From the NCBI GenBank assembly GCA_018296565.1, contig GCA_018296565.1_3935.1: a stretch of DNA of 64,000 bases. One strand, given 5' to 3'. The notes below the pieces were generated by a model. That model saw only the letters and a program-made list of their open reading frames with translations. It made no database searches and had not been told where the DNA came from. Of this stretch, positions 25,324-35,414 are shown in pieces. How positions within the stretch are numbered: position 1 is the first letter of the stretch; each line of letters begins with the position of its first letter. The position numbers were made by a program, and so were the translations under genes. Source of the DNA: a phage.

Positions 25324-27855
25324 ATGGCAGATTACAAGTTGAGTGAATTAAACTCAATCGATACAATCCGTTCAGATGACCTTCTCCATGTCAGGGTTAA
25401 AAAGAGACCTGAAATGCTTGGTGATGAAGACCGTCGAATGACCTATCAAGACTTCTTAGCATCTTTTAAACTTGAAAGATTTGTTCAGATTGCTGGTAGC
25501 ACTATGACGGGTGACTTAGGGATTGTTAAGTTACTTTATGGTGGTAAGGTAGTATTTAACCCAACAGGCTCTTCTGAGATTAATATTGGGGATGTTTTAA
25601 AGACTTTTAAAATCAATGCAAATGGCCTTAAACTAACTATTGCAGATGCTTCAAGGTCGGCAACCGTTTATCATACTCTGAATAAGCCAAGTCCTAATGA
25701 GCTTGGTATGAGAACTAATGAAGAGAATGATGCAAGATATGCAAGACTTGCTGTAAATAACACCTTTAGAGGCACTCAAGCTATCCTCTCTGACAATGAA
25801 GCACTCATTATCAAAAATATCACTCAAGGTGCTCCACTCTATCTTCGTGGTCAAGATGCAGATGGTACTAACAGATGGTATCTAGGTAATGATAATAGGG
25901 GTACACATAATCTTGTATTAAAGAATGTAAAGTCCGACGTTTCAATTGCTATTTTAGAGAATTTGGTGACAGTCAACAGGACTCTTCAAATTGCTGGTCA
26001 AGTTCAACCTTCAAGTTTTGCTAACTTAGATGCTAGATATTTTACCCAGACAGTAGCTAATCAGAGGTTTGCACAGTTAGCTGGTAATAACACATTTAGT
26101 GGCTCTAATATTTTCACTAATTTTGTTGTTAAGAAGAACGCTAATGCTATTACTCTGCAAAATGTAGATACAACTGCTGCTTTGTATATCCAAGCAAGAA
26201 AATCAGATGGAGCTAATAAGTGGTACATTGGTAATGACGGTGATGAGAACATTGTAAACATCTATAACTATTTAGCAAAAACACAAATCTCATTAGGCAA
26301 CACCATTACCATGAGCAGAACAGTCCAAATTGGTGGTCAAGTTCAACCTTCTGATTGGGCTAACATTGACTCTAGATACATTCCAGCAGCTACTTTGAGT
26401 AATCTTGCTAAAATTAATGTGGCAAACACTTTTACAAATGTGCAGACTATTGTATCTAACAATGAAGGTCTAGTATTAAGGAACTTAACACAGGGACAGC
26501 CACAATATATCCGTGGTGTTGATACTGAGAATGTTTCTAGGTGGTGGTTAGGTATCGGTGGTCCAAACTCTAATGTGGTAACACTGAACAACAACTATTC
26601 TGACACTAAAATCTCACTTGGTGGCTCATCAGTAATGACTAATAAGAGTTTAGCTATTACTGGTCAAGTTCAGCCTTCAGATTGGTCTAACTTGGATGCT
26701 AGATACTTCACTCAAAGTGCTAGTGACGAGAGATATTTAAGAATCAGAAGCACAGGATTTAATTTAGGAAACGGTGAAAAGTGGGTTAAAATTGCTACTG
26801 TTGTGATGCCGCAATCAGCATCAACGGCAGTTATTGAGGTTTTTGGTGGCGCAGGGTTTAATATCAATACGCCAAACCAAGCAGGGAAGTGTGAGATTGT
26901 TTTACGAACATCAAATGGCAACCCAAAAGGTTTAAATGCCGTAGCTTGGAAAATCGCTGAGAATAACATCGTCAATGATATTGGTTATGTGAATACGTCT
27001 GGTGACACTTATGATATTTACTGTCGAGTTGGTTCGTACCAAAACGGTACAACATCAAGAGTTCAATCTTCTAGCAATGCAAGTGTGCAGTTGTTTGAAG
27101 TCCCACAAACATCTGATGATGCTCCACAAGGTATTGTAAAGGGTACAATCGCAAAATACTACACTAGTTTGCAAAAACCAACCCCTTCAGATATTGGTGC
27201 ATACACTAAAGCAGAGACTGACCAGAAAATTGCAGAAGCAATTAGTGACTCTACAGACCTTAATAAAATCTATCCAGTAGGTATTGTAACGTGGTTTAAC
27301 AGCAATGTTGACCCTAATACAGCACTTCCTGGGTTAACTTGGACGTACCTTAACAACGGTGTTGGTAGAACTATCAGAATCGCAGCAGCAAACGGTTCAG
27401 ATGTTGCTACAACAGGCGGCTCAGATTCTGTGACGTTAGCTGTTGGTAACTTACCATCACATACCCATAGTTTCTCTGCTACCACTTCATCTTTTGATTA
27501 TGGTACGAAGAACACTAATGGTACTGGTGCACACACTCACTCAGTTAGTGGTACTGCTGCAACTTCTGGGCAACACGCACACAGAATTTCACAGGGTGAC
27601 AACGCTAACGTTTCATCAGGTAGAGTCGCGTCTTCAAACTCTAGACAGACCCATGTTGGTTGGACTGAAAATGATGGTGCGCACACTCACTCAGTCAGTG
27701 GTACTGCTGCATCTGCTGGCGACCATGCTCACTCTGTAGGTATTGGTGCTCACAGTCACACAGTTAGTGGTAACACTGGTGGCACAGGTTCTGGTTCAGC
27801 ATTTAGTGTCACTAACCAGTTCTACAAGTTGATGGCTTGGGTGAGAACTGCTTAA
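25324..27855 (+). CDS. Long tail fibre protein with His-rich HxH repeat tip
   Basis: 843 aa; internal repeats (TLQIAGQVQPSxFANLDARYFTQ recurring about 4 times); C-terminal region parallels that of the 24105 gene. Confidence 0.65.
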   Translation: MADYKLSELNSIDTIRSDDLLHVRVKKRPEMLGDEDRRMTYQDFLASFKLERFVQIAGSTMTGDLGIVKLLYGGKVVFNPTGSSEINIGDVLKTFKINANGLKLTIADASRSATVYHTLNKPSPNELGMRTNEENDARYARLAVNNTFRGTQAILSDNEALIIKNITQGAPLYLRGQDADGTNRWYLGNDNRGTHNLVLKNVKSDVSIAILENLVTVNRTLQIAGQVQPSSFANLDARYFTQTVANQRFAQLAGNNTFSGSNIFTNFVVKKNANAITLQNVDTTAALYIQARKSDGANKWYIGNDGDENIVNIYNYLAKTQISLGNTITMSRTVQIGGQVQPSDWANIDSRYIPAATLSNLAKINVANTFTNVQTIVSNNEGLVLRNLTQGQPQYIRGVDTENVSRWWLGIGGPNSNVVTLNNNYSDTKISLGGSSVMTNKSLAITGQVQPSDWSNLDARYFTQSASDERYLRIRSTGFNLGNGEKWVKIATVVMPQSASTAVIEVFGGAGFNINTPNQAGKCEIVLRTSNGNPKGLNAVAWKIAENNIVNDIGYVNTSGDTYDIYCRVGSYQNGTTSRVQSSSNASVQLFEVPQTSDDAPQGIVKGTIAKYYTSLQKPTPSDIGAYTKAETDQKIAEAISDSTDLNKIYPVGIVTWFNSNVDPNTALPGLTWTYLNNGVGRTIRIAAANGSDVATTGGSDSVTLAVGNLPSHTHSFSATTSSFDYGTKNTNGTGAHTHSVSGTAATSGQHAHRISQGDNANVSSGRVASSNSRQTHVGWTENDGAHTHSVSGTAASAGDHAHSVGIGAHSHTVSGNTGGTGSGSAFSVTNQFYKLMAWVRTA

Positions 27856-27862
27856 TCCCTTG

Positions 27863-27891
27863 TTGACTGATTGTTAAGATGGTGTTAATAT
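27863..27891 (+). promoter_or_regulatory. sigma70-like promoter TTGACT-N17-TAATAT upstream of small membrane protein genes
   Basis: ccTTGACTgattgttaagatggtgtTAATATtc; overlapped by a 9-bp inverted repeat aagatggtg...caccatctt. Confidence 0.45.
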
Positions 27892-27934
27892 TCTTTATGG
27901 GTATTCTCACCATCTTGGCTGATGAGGTGATTAA

Positions 27935-28129
27935 ATGCCTACAATCCTAGCAATTCTTCTAAAAAATCTAGGTAGCTTCTTCTGGAAACTCATTTTATCC
28001 CTTCTAAGTGAATACATGATTGAGAAAGTGTTCTTTAGGCTTGCAAGATACCTTGCGAGTAAAACAGACACACCTATTGATGATGAGTTCGTAGATAACT
28101 TAGAAAAAGCTTTTAAGGGGGAGAAATAA
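27935..28129 (+). CDS. Small membrane protein (holin-like candidate)
   Basis: 64 aa, one hydrophobic segment (ILAILLKNLGSFFWKLILSLL), charged C-terminus, gaggtga RBS; located after tail fibre genes. Confidence 0.4.
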   Translation: MPTILAILLKNLGSFFWKLILSLLSEYMIEKVFFRLARYLASKTDTPIDDEFVDNLEKAFKGEK

Positions 28130-28501
28130 ATGAGGTGGCTAGAGGAAGCTTTTAAAAATAATATTGGTGCAATTGTAGTTGGTATTTTTAGTGTTATTGG
28201 AATGTATACCACCATGCAAGTTTCGGATGGTAAGCAAGAGGTGTCTATCACAACAAAATTACAGCAGCTAGATAATTACAGTAAATCTAATTACTCAGCT
28301 ATTCGTGATTTACAGTCTGACATGAGATTGCTTCAGTTAGGGATGGAGAACCAGAAAGTTCAGTTAGAGAATGTTAAGGGTGAGAACGCAAAACTTACTA
28401 AAACTCTTGATAAATTCTCTGACAGTGTGAACAATCTGGCTCAATCGGTATCAGCCTTGCAAGCTATTACTGAAAAGAACACAAAGAATACTGGAAAATA
28501 A
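28130..28501 (+). CDS. Membrane-anchored coiled-coil protein (spanin-like candidate)
   Basis: 123 aa, N-terminal TM (IGAIVVGIFSVIGMY) then heptad-rich helical region. Confidence 0.35.
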   Translation: MRWLEEAFKNNIGAIVVGIFSVIGMYTTMQVSDGKQEVSITTKLQQLDNYSKSNYSAIRDLQSDMRLLQLGMENQKVQLENVKGENAKLTKTLDKFSDSVNNLAQSVSALQAITEKNTKNTGK

Positions 28502-28508
28502 AATTTAA

Positions 28509-28534
28509 GGCTCCCGTAAAAAGGAGCCTTTTTT
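28509..28534. terminator. Terminator at the late(+)/early(-) convergence point
   Basis: Hairpin ggctcc-cgtaaaaa-ggagcc flanked by T-run on + strand; sits between convergent genes. Confidence 0.6.
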
Positions 28535-28537
28535 GTT

Positions 28538-29437
28538 TTACTTACCTACTGATAAAGGTGCTTCAATCTTTCCTGCATGTTGGTAGTTGTTAATTCCACC
28601 GATAAAATCACTTGCAGTGAGATGTTTTAAGTCGCTTAAAGTATTAAGTGGTAAACCAATCTCAAAAGTTGGTGCATGGAACTCTTCATTGTTCATCAGT
28701 TCATAAACCTGCTTCATATGATTCTGATAAATCTGAGTATCTCCAAAGACACCTATCAAGTACCGTGGAGTATATCCAGTCATCTTACAAAGAACTTCCA
28801 GAATAAAACCATAAGACGCAATGTTAAATGGAAGTCCTAAAAAGGTGTCTACAGAACGCTGATACCATTGCAAATCTACTTCACCTTCGTTGGTGATATA
28901 AATCTGAAACAGAACATGACAAGGTGCTAAAGCCATCGAGTTTGCTGCAATATCTGCTGCATTCCAAGCATTAACAAGCATGTAACGGTCTGTAATATCA
29001 CCCTTCATCTTCGTTACTAAGGTTTCTAACTGGTCTACAACACAACCATTATGGCCTTCAAAGTTTCTCCACTGAACCCCATAGATTCTCCCACCTGCAT
29101 CTTCTAACCAATCTTGTTCAGAAGAATAATTAGAGCTTAACCAGCGTTTAAAATCATCTGACCAGATTGTCCAACGCTCTCCATCATTTTCACCCCAAGT
29201 GCGGTAACGAAGTTCGCCAAGTTTATTCTCACCATTCAGGAACCATAAAGCTTCCCCAATAACTTGCCGTGTAAACACCTGTTTAGATGTTAAAAGCGGG
29301 AAACCAGTTCGCATATCAAAGTGAAACTTAGGTGGAGCGAATGCAGAGATAACATCTCCAGTTCGTGTAGTACGCAGTTCACCAACGGATAAAACATGGT
29401 TCAGGATATTTTTGTAACTTGTATCTGCTTGCGACAT
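28538..29437 (-). CDS. thyA: Thymidylate synthase family enzyme (ThyA-like)
   Basis: 299 aa with ThyA signatures: ALWFL, GVQWR, active-site LAPCH, QRSVDTFLGLPFNIASY. A dUMP/dCMP hydroxymethylase cannot be excluded. Confidence 0.8.
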   Translation of the reverse strand: MSQADTSYKNILNHVLSVGELRTTRTGDVISAFAPPKFHFDMRTGFPLLTSKQVFTRQVIGEALWFLNGENKLGELRYRTWGENDGERWTIWSDDFKRWLSSNYSSEQDWLEDAGGRIYGVQWRNFEGHNGCVVDQLETLVTKMKGDITDRYMLVNAWNAADIAANSMALAPCHVLFQIYITNEGEVDLQWYQRSVDTFLGLPFNIASYGFILEVLCKMTGYTPRYLIGVFGDTQIYQNHMKQVYELMNNEEFHAPTFEIGLPLNTLSDLKHLTASDFIGGINNYQHAGKIEAPLSVGK

Positions 29438-29438
29438 A

Positions 29439-29984
29439 TCAAAAGTGTCCTTTTACTTGTGGAACATAAATTTCAAAGGTTGCTTTACCATCCTCTGATG
29501 GTTTCGACTGTACCTTTGTAAATACACGGCTATCATACAGTTTATCGAAGAAGTTTTCAAAAGGTAAATGCACAGTGGCCTCTTCAGTAACTCTATGGAA
29601 AACTGTATGGAAAACTACACCAGCATATGGTAAAGCATTGACAAGGACACCTGCACCACCAATTACAAAGACATCTTCATCAATAGAGCTATCAAGATAG
29701 TTCAAAAATGCTCCAAAGGATTCTTTACTGGCCTTAGCATACATTACATCATCTTTGCCAAAATCTATGCCTAAATATGGTACAGAATTTGTTAAGATTA
29801 GGTTTGCACGTTCTGGTAAAGGCTTACTCCCCAGAGTCTTGAAAGTCTCGTTACCCATCACTACTAAGTTGTTTTTAGTAAGTCTCTTAAACTCTTGCAT
29901 ATCCTGTTTATGTCGAGGCCACGGCATACCAGTTGGAGTACCAAATTCACCGTTTTCACCACTTGCGAATATTAGCTTAATCAT
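29439..29984 (-). CDS. folA: Dihydrofolate reductase
   Basis: 181 aa; DHFR motifs GMPW, LVVMGNETFKTLG, PLPER, VIGGAGV; adjacent to thyA. Confidence 0.8.
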   Translation of the reverse strand: MIKLIFASGENGEFGTPTGMPWPRHKQDMQEFKRLTKNNLVVMGNETFKTLGSKPLPERANLILTNSVPYLGIDFGKDDVMYAKASKESFGAFLNYLDSSIDEDVFVIGGAGVLVNALPYAGVVFHTVFHRVTEEATVHLPFENFFDKLYDSRVFTKVQSKPSEDGKATFEIYVPQVKGHF

Positions 29985-30241
29985 TTTGTAAACCCTTTCT
30001 TAATGAACCAGTTGATGACACTCTTCACAACTTTACTACGATGGTAGATAAAATGTGGAGAGGGTTGGTATGAACCATAAGCCCAGAAAGCGATAATTTC
30101 ATTACACCCTGTGCATCGGGTACTTTCTTCAGCAATATGACCGTTGACTATTTCACTCACCTCACCTTGTAAGTCTGTACATCCACAATGTGGACAACGG
30201 ATAGGTGTTCCATCAGACTCATAGCAGTGTTCAATTTTCAT
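29981..30241 (-). CDS. Zinc-ribbon protein (hypothetical)
   Basis: 86 aa with CPHCGC...CTGCN four-Cys arrangement. Confidence 0.45.
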   Translation of the reverse strand: MKIEHCYESDGTPIRCPHCGCTDLQGEVSEIVNGHIAEESTRCTGCNEIIAFWAYGSYQPSPHFIYHRSKVVKSVINWFIKKGFTK

Positions 30242-30757
30242 CTATTTAACCTCAAAAACTGGCTCAAGAACCAATATAAAGTCTACACAGTCATCTTCTT
30301 CATCCAGAATACCATCAAAGTTCTTAGGAACGAAGTCGAAGAGGCTCATAACAAAACAGTCAGAAGTAACCCTTATAGTGCCTCCCATATTCTCTACAGT
30401 CAACACTGTACGGCTTTCTTTTACCTCTCTCAGAAGATTACTCACAAAGTCATCTAAGAAGTACTTCATCAGTGACTTAAAACCTTTAGGGTAATCTGTA
30501 CCGGAGTATGTTTCAATCTGAGGAACAAGCTTAACATTTATACTAGTCTTTGTTAAGAACGTATTAGAGAACATACTATCAGGTAACTTGCAAACAGTCT
30601 TTCCAGTACCTTCATGTTCAATCTCAACAAAACCAGCTTCATCGCCACACGTAACTATTTTAAAAGATGCTTCATTCTCATACTGTGAAGCCATAAACTT
30701 TTTAAGCATTTCTTTAAGGAAATCTGCATGAGCATCTTGTAAGTAGATATCAATCAT
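30242..30757 (-). CDS. Hypothetical protein
   Basis: 171 aa acidic ORF, ATG start. Confidence 0.45.
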   Translation of the reverse strand: MIDIYLQDAHADFLKEMLKKFMASQYENEASFKIVTCGDEAGFVEIEHEGTGKTVCKLPDSMFSNTFLTKTSINVKLVPQIETYSGTDYPKGFKSLMKYFLDDFVSNLLREVKESRTVLTVENMGGTIRVTSDCFVMSLFDFVPKNFDGILDEEDDCVDFILVLEPVFEVK

Positions 30758-30770
30758 AGTTAATCACCTA

Positions 30771-31130
30771 TTATGGGAACAAGCACTTAATGTCATCATT
30801 TTTGAAAACAAAACTTGTGTAGTTATGACCATCAACATCCAGCCAAACAGCCTGAACATCTACACCATCAAGGTTGTGGTAAAGCTCTTTGATGAAGTGG
30901 TCTTTTACAATCTGGCTGCTAGTTGTTTCCAGCTTAATGTTTGAGATTGCTGAACCTACAGCCATATAGCCCATGACACGTTTCTTCTCAGTATGCTTAA
31001 TCTTACCATCTTTGTAAGCCATAATGAGATTGGAGAGAATCTTCACACCATAATACTTTTCAAGGTGAGTAGGTACACCATAAAAGCCTAATGCAAAGTT
31101 TTCAGAGTGGATAATGTTTTCACGTTTCAT
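30771..31130 (-). CDS. Hypothetical protein
   Basis: 119 aa ORF, ATG start. Confidence 0.45.
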   Translation of the reverse strand: MKRENIIHSENFALGFYGVPTHLEKYYGVKILSNLIMAYKDGKIKHTEKKRVMGYMAVGSAISNIKLETTSSQIVKDHFIKELYHNLDGVDVQAVWLDVDGHNYTSFVFKNDDIKCLFP

Positions 31131-31131
31131 A

Positions 31132-31431
31132 TTAATCTGCCAACCTTAAATTAAAATTAACACCAAATTTTTCACAGACACCCAACATATACTCAAGAGA
31201 GACATTCCCAGTGAGGTGGATTATGTTGGATACACGAGCTTGAGAGATACCACAAATTTTAGCAACTTGCTCTTGAGAAAGACCTCTGGATTTAATCTCT
31301 CTCTTAAAACGATGTGCAACGAAATCCCTCATCTCGTCTACATCCATTGGACAAATATAACTCTCCATTTCAGCCTCTCTATCAGCCTCCCAATCATCTT
31401 GTGGAGCATAAGGGTCAAAAACCTCATTCAT
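31132..31431 (-). CDS. HTH (XRE-type) DNA-binding regulator
   Basis: Track ORF starts at a TTG at 31461; ATG at 31431 follows a ggaag RBS. C-terminal helix-turn-helix LSQEQVAKICGISQARVSNI. Confidence 0.55.
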   Translation of the reverse strand: MNEVFDPYAPQDDWEADREAEMESYICPMDVDEMRDFVAHRFKREIKSRGLSQEQVAKICGISQARVSNIIHLTGNVSLEYMLGVCEKFGVNFNLRLAD

Positions 31432-31636
31432 CTTTCTTCTTCCGTTTACGTGAAGTATCAATTAATGAGTCTATGTTTGTAGCTCTGACCTTTTCACGTT
31501 CATCATTAAGATAATCGTCAAGAGCCTTTTCAATCTGTGAATCATCCTGACAGATGACTGTAAAGACTGTAAAGCCGTCTGTATCGTCAATTATCTTACC
31601 ATAACCGCTTCTGGGATGTAACTTTTTAAGAGCCAT
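31424..31636 (-). CDS. Hypothetical protein
   Basis: 70 aa ORF, ATG start, basic C-terminus. Confidence 0.4.
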   Translation of the reverse strand: MALKKLHPRSGYGKIIDDTDGFTVFTVICQDDSQIEKALDDYLNDEREKVRATNIDSLIDTSRKRKKKDE

Positions 31637-31637
31637 A

Positions 31638-32021
31638 TCAAATACCTGTGCAGCTTCTGTTTTCTAAGAAATACTCAACACCATACATAGCTTTTTGCAT
31701 CAAATCTTCTTTAAACTGGATACGATGATTGAGCATAGCCTGTACATCAATATCATCAGGGTGCTTCTCTTTAATATTTGCAGATTGCAGGAAATACTCT
31801 GCAAGAACACGATACTGATAGTCAGTTACCTTATCAGTCATCTCTGTTAAAGACTCTTCAGAGATTGGTTTAAGCAACTCACCTTTAGATAGAGCAACAC
31901 CTTTAACAATCTGGCAAGTGTCTTCTGGAACACCTGATAAGTCCACATTTGGAAGTTCTGTTGCATTGACTGGTAAATTCATTGCCATAACCGTTGCAGC
32001 AGCTAATAAAATCTTTTTCAT
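31638..32021 (-). CDS. Secreted/periplasmic protein (signal peptide)
   Basis: 127 aa; N-terminal signal peptide MKKILLAAATVMAMNLPVNA. Confidence 0.5.
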   Translation of the reverse strand: MKKILLAAATVMAMNLPVNATELPNVDLSGVPEDTCQIVKGVALSKGELLKPISEESLTEMTDKVTDYQYRVLAEYFLQSANIKEKHPDDIDVQAMLNHRIQFKEDLMQKAMYGVEYFLENRSCTGI

Positions 32022-32130
32022 AATGACCTCAAAGTTATATTAAATTTTGTATTACGTTGAGTATAAAAATAAGCTATAACACCTGACTTGTCAACAGATT
32101 TTATAGCTTATTTGGCAGATTTTTTATAAG

Positions 32131-32433
32131 GCTACTGCCATCCTTCCATACCAAACCGTTCCCAACCCAACCCTACAGCACCGAGCCAAACCCTACCGAA
32201 CCGTGCCTAACCTGACCTAACCGTACCTTACCAAACATCGCTTAAAAACCCTCTTAGAAGACGCTTAAGTGATGTAATCGAATTTTAATGTAGCTCCGAT
32301 TAACTACCCATACCTGACCTAACCTGACCTAACCGAACCGAACCAAACCCTACCCCGCCTCACTGTACCTCATTAAAAGACCCTGTTTAAAGACCTTTTA
32401 AAAAGGAGCCTCCGAAGAGGCTACCTAGTCAAC
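32131..32433. repeat. C/A-rich G-poor intergenic repeat region, copy 1
   Basis: About 300 bp noncoding, plus strand nearly devoid of G, short repeats (cctgacctaacc x2, ccgaaccgaacc). Contains 33-nt module ttaaaaaccctcttagaagacgcttaagtgatg, hairpin aatcg/cgatt, and module cattaaaagaccctgtttaaagaccttttaaaaagg. Confidence 0.6.
32395..32422 (-). terminator. Rho-independent terminator (minus strand) after the 32434-33464 cassette
   Basis: Minus strand reads hairpin agcctc-ttcg-gaggct followed by TTTTT. Confidence 0.5.
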
Positions 32434-32874
32434 TTAGAAAGGTTTTCTACGTTGCTTGTTAATGTTAGCTTTCATAGCAGCTAAATGGTTTTGCTGTTCA
32501 ATCAGTCGTGAGCGTTCTTGATGGCTAAGTGCCATAGTGTTCACATTCTCAATCGCTTGAGTGGCTTGCTTTAAAGCTCGACCAATCTTACCAGACATTT
32601 TACGTTTTGCAATAGTTGCTTGATGCTTAGGTTCAACCACACGATAACCAACACCCATTGAAGCAACCAGATAAATCTTCTCTTCTTTAAGAAGCTTCTC
32701 AATAAACTTCTCAAGTCGGTTTAGACGTGTAAGCGCATAAGCCTTCATTTCATCTTCGTACTTAACAATGTCACCTTGATAAGTTGGCTTCACAATACCT
32801 AAGAAGGTATCCATCTCAGAGTGTGATACAGTGTCACCGTAACTAAACTTTGCTGCTAATGCTTTTGTATTCAT
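32434..32874 (-). CDS. Hypothetical protein (cassette gene 2)
   Basis: 146 aa ORF, ATG start, helical and basic C-terminus. Confidence 0.5.
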   Translation of the reverse strand: MNTKALAAKFSYGDTVSHSEMDTFLGIVKPTYQGDIVKYEDEMKAYALTRLNRLEKFIEKLLKEEKIYLVASMGVGYRVVEPKHQATIAKRKMSGKIGRALKQATQAIENVNTMALSHQERSRLIEQQNHLAAMKANINKQRRKPF

Positions 32875-32876
32875 AA

Positions 32877-33900
<1,024 letters not shown>

Positions 33901-33909
33901 AACAACTTT

Positions 33910-35010
33910 TTATTCGTAATCTCGAATAACTAACCCAACAGGGAACTGTAAAGAACCCTTACGAGTCATCTTCTGGAACTGAACAGTTAAAGGTTTCCCG
34001 ATAAACTCTTCAGGATGTTCAGCAAGATACTGTTTCTTCTCATGAGTAGTCTTCCATGAGACATCTACAAAGACGTTAGGAAGAGTCTCTACGACGAACT
34101 TACCATGACCACGTTTATCAGTCTTTACACCAGTTACTTTAAACTCTTCAGTGTGCATCTTCTTGTGCTTAATCAAGAAGTATGAACGGTGACAACACTC
34201 ATAGAAGGAGTCTTCAGAGATTGAACGGTACATTGCACCTTCAAACTTAGCTTCAACCCACTTATCATGAGCTTCATCAAACTCTTCCCAAGAGTTAACA
34301 CGACGAGACTTAACAGGGACAACTTTACAGCCGTCTCTGAAGTCATTCAATGGTGAAGTCTCAATAATATCTCTACGCTCAGGCCACGTCTTAGCACTGT
34401 CACAGATATCATACCAGTAGAACTGGAGTAGATGTCGGTCTGGATTGTCAGCATTCTTAATCATAGACACAATATCTTCTAAGTCCCAACCATGAGCATA
34501 AATCTCACCATCAAAGTCTTCGACTTGTGGATGTAATTTAAGCAACAAAAGCAAATCTGGGATTAGTTCTACTGGGACGTTGTAAACAGTATTCTCACGA
34601 GAATAAGCCGTGAAGCTAACTGAATCAGCATCTCTTGAAATTCTACAACGAACACCATCAAGTTTTGGTTGAGCATCAGCAGGGAACTTCAGATACTTTG
34701 CATGACTAACCTTTGCAGCATCATGAGCAAGCTGTACACCTACCTTCTCAGTATTCTGTGCAGACTCTTTTGTGTAAGCATAACCTTTACGGTCAACTTG
34801 CTTTTTATACTTAGCAGCAACTTCAAAGAGAGCTTGCTGTTCAGCGTTACGCTCATTCTTTTTACCGATGTTTTTAGGTTCTGCTGTATACTCTTCAAAC
34901 ATCATCTTGCCATTTTCTTTACCATAGGTTGTAATAACTTTGTCACCTACAGCGACACATGACCAGACGTTAAAAGAGCCATCTTTATTTTGTTTGTATA
35001 GAATTGTCAT
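33910..35010 (-). CDS. ATP-dependent DNA ligase
   Basis: Track ORF trimmed to ATG at 35010 with gagg RBS. Adenylation motif I KLDGVR (AQPKLDGVRCRI); size typical of T7-type phage ligases. Confidence 0.75.
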   Translation of the reverse strand: MTILYKQNKDGSFNVWSCVAVGDKVITTYGKENGKMMFEEYTAEPKNIGKKNERNAEQQALFEVAAKYKKQVDRKGYAYTKESAQNTEKVGVQLAHDAAKVSHAKYLKFPADAQPKLDGVRCRISRDADSVSFTAYSRENTVYNVPVELIPDLLLLLKLHPQVEDFDGEIYAHGWDLEDIVSMIKNADNPDRHLLQFYWYDICDSAKTWPERRDIIETSPLNDFRDGCKVVPVKSRRVNSWEEFDEAHDKWVEAKFEGAMYRSISEDSFYECCHRSYFLIKHKKMHTEEFKVTGVKTDKRGHGKFVVETLPNVFVDVSWKTTHEKKQYLAEHPEEFIGKPLTVQFQKMTRKGSLQFPVGLVIRDYE

Positions 35011-35012
35011 TT

Positions 35013-35204
35013 TTATTCCTCTGAGTGATACCAAGTATTGCAAGCATTACATGCGTAAAGCTCTAAGTCATTTTTATCCGGTTTATGAAAGCAGTTTGCT
35101 CCGCAGTGGCAACGGAATGGCTTTCCATCAACTGTCAGGGTGAATGATTGAATCTTCCCATCAGGAGTTCGTACAGCATTTTTATGCTTGTCTTCTTTGT
35201 TCAT
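35013..35204 (-). CDS. Small zinc-binding protein (hypothetical)
   Basis: 63 aa with CHCGANCFH...CNACN cysteine/histidine cluster. Confidence 0.4.
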   Translation of the reverse strand: MNKEDKHKNAVRTPDGKIQSFTLTVDGKPFRCHCGANCFHKPDKNDLELYACNACNTWYHSEE

Positions 35205-35407
35205 TTTCTCTTACCACCAATCTCTACGTCAATAACTTGAACATCACCAGCAACATCAAACTTATGAATGATGTTTTCCACAGTGTAAGTCCAACCCTCA
35301 ATGCGAACCAATTCACCTTCTCGCGGTACGATTGGGTTACGTTGGGCCACGGTTGCAGTGGAATAAACAACATCGTAGCAGTAGATATAGTGTACTAAAA
35401 CTTGCAT
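35201..35407 (-). CDS. Hypothetical protein
   Basis: Track ORF 35201-35506 overlaps the lipoprotein gene in another frame; trimmed to internal ATG at 35407. Start choice is uncertain. Confidence 0.35.
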   Translation of the reverse strand: MQVLVHYIYCYDVVYSTATVAQRNPIVPREGELVRIEGWTYTVENIIHKFDVAGDVQVIDVEIGGKRK

Positions 35408-35414
35408 ATTAGTC

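Noticed and set aside
24676-27739. Alternate-frame ORFs inside the tail fibre genes (24676-24987, 27443-27739)
   Set aside because: Products are Leu/Val/Thr-rich strings produced by reading the His/Thr/Ser repeat DNA out of frame; no start signals.
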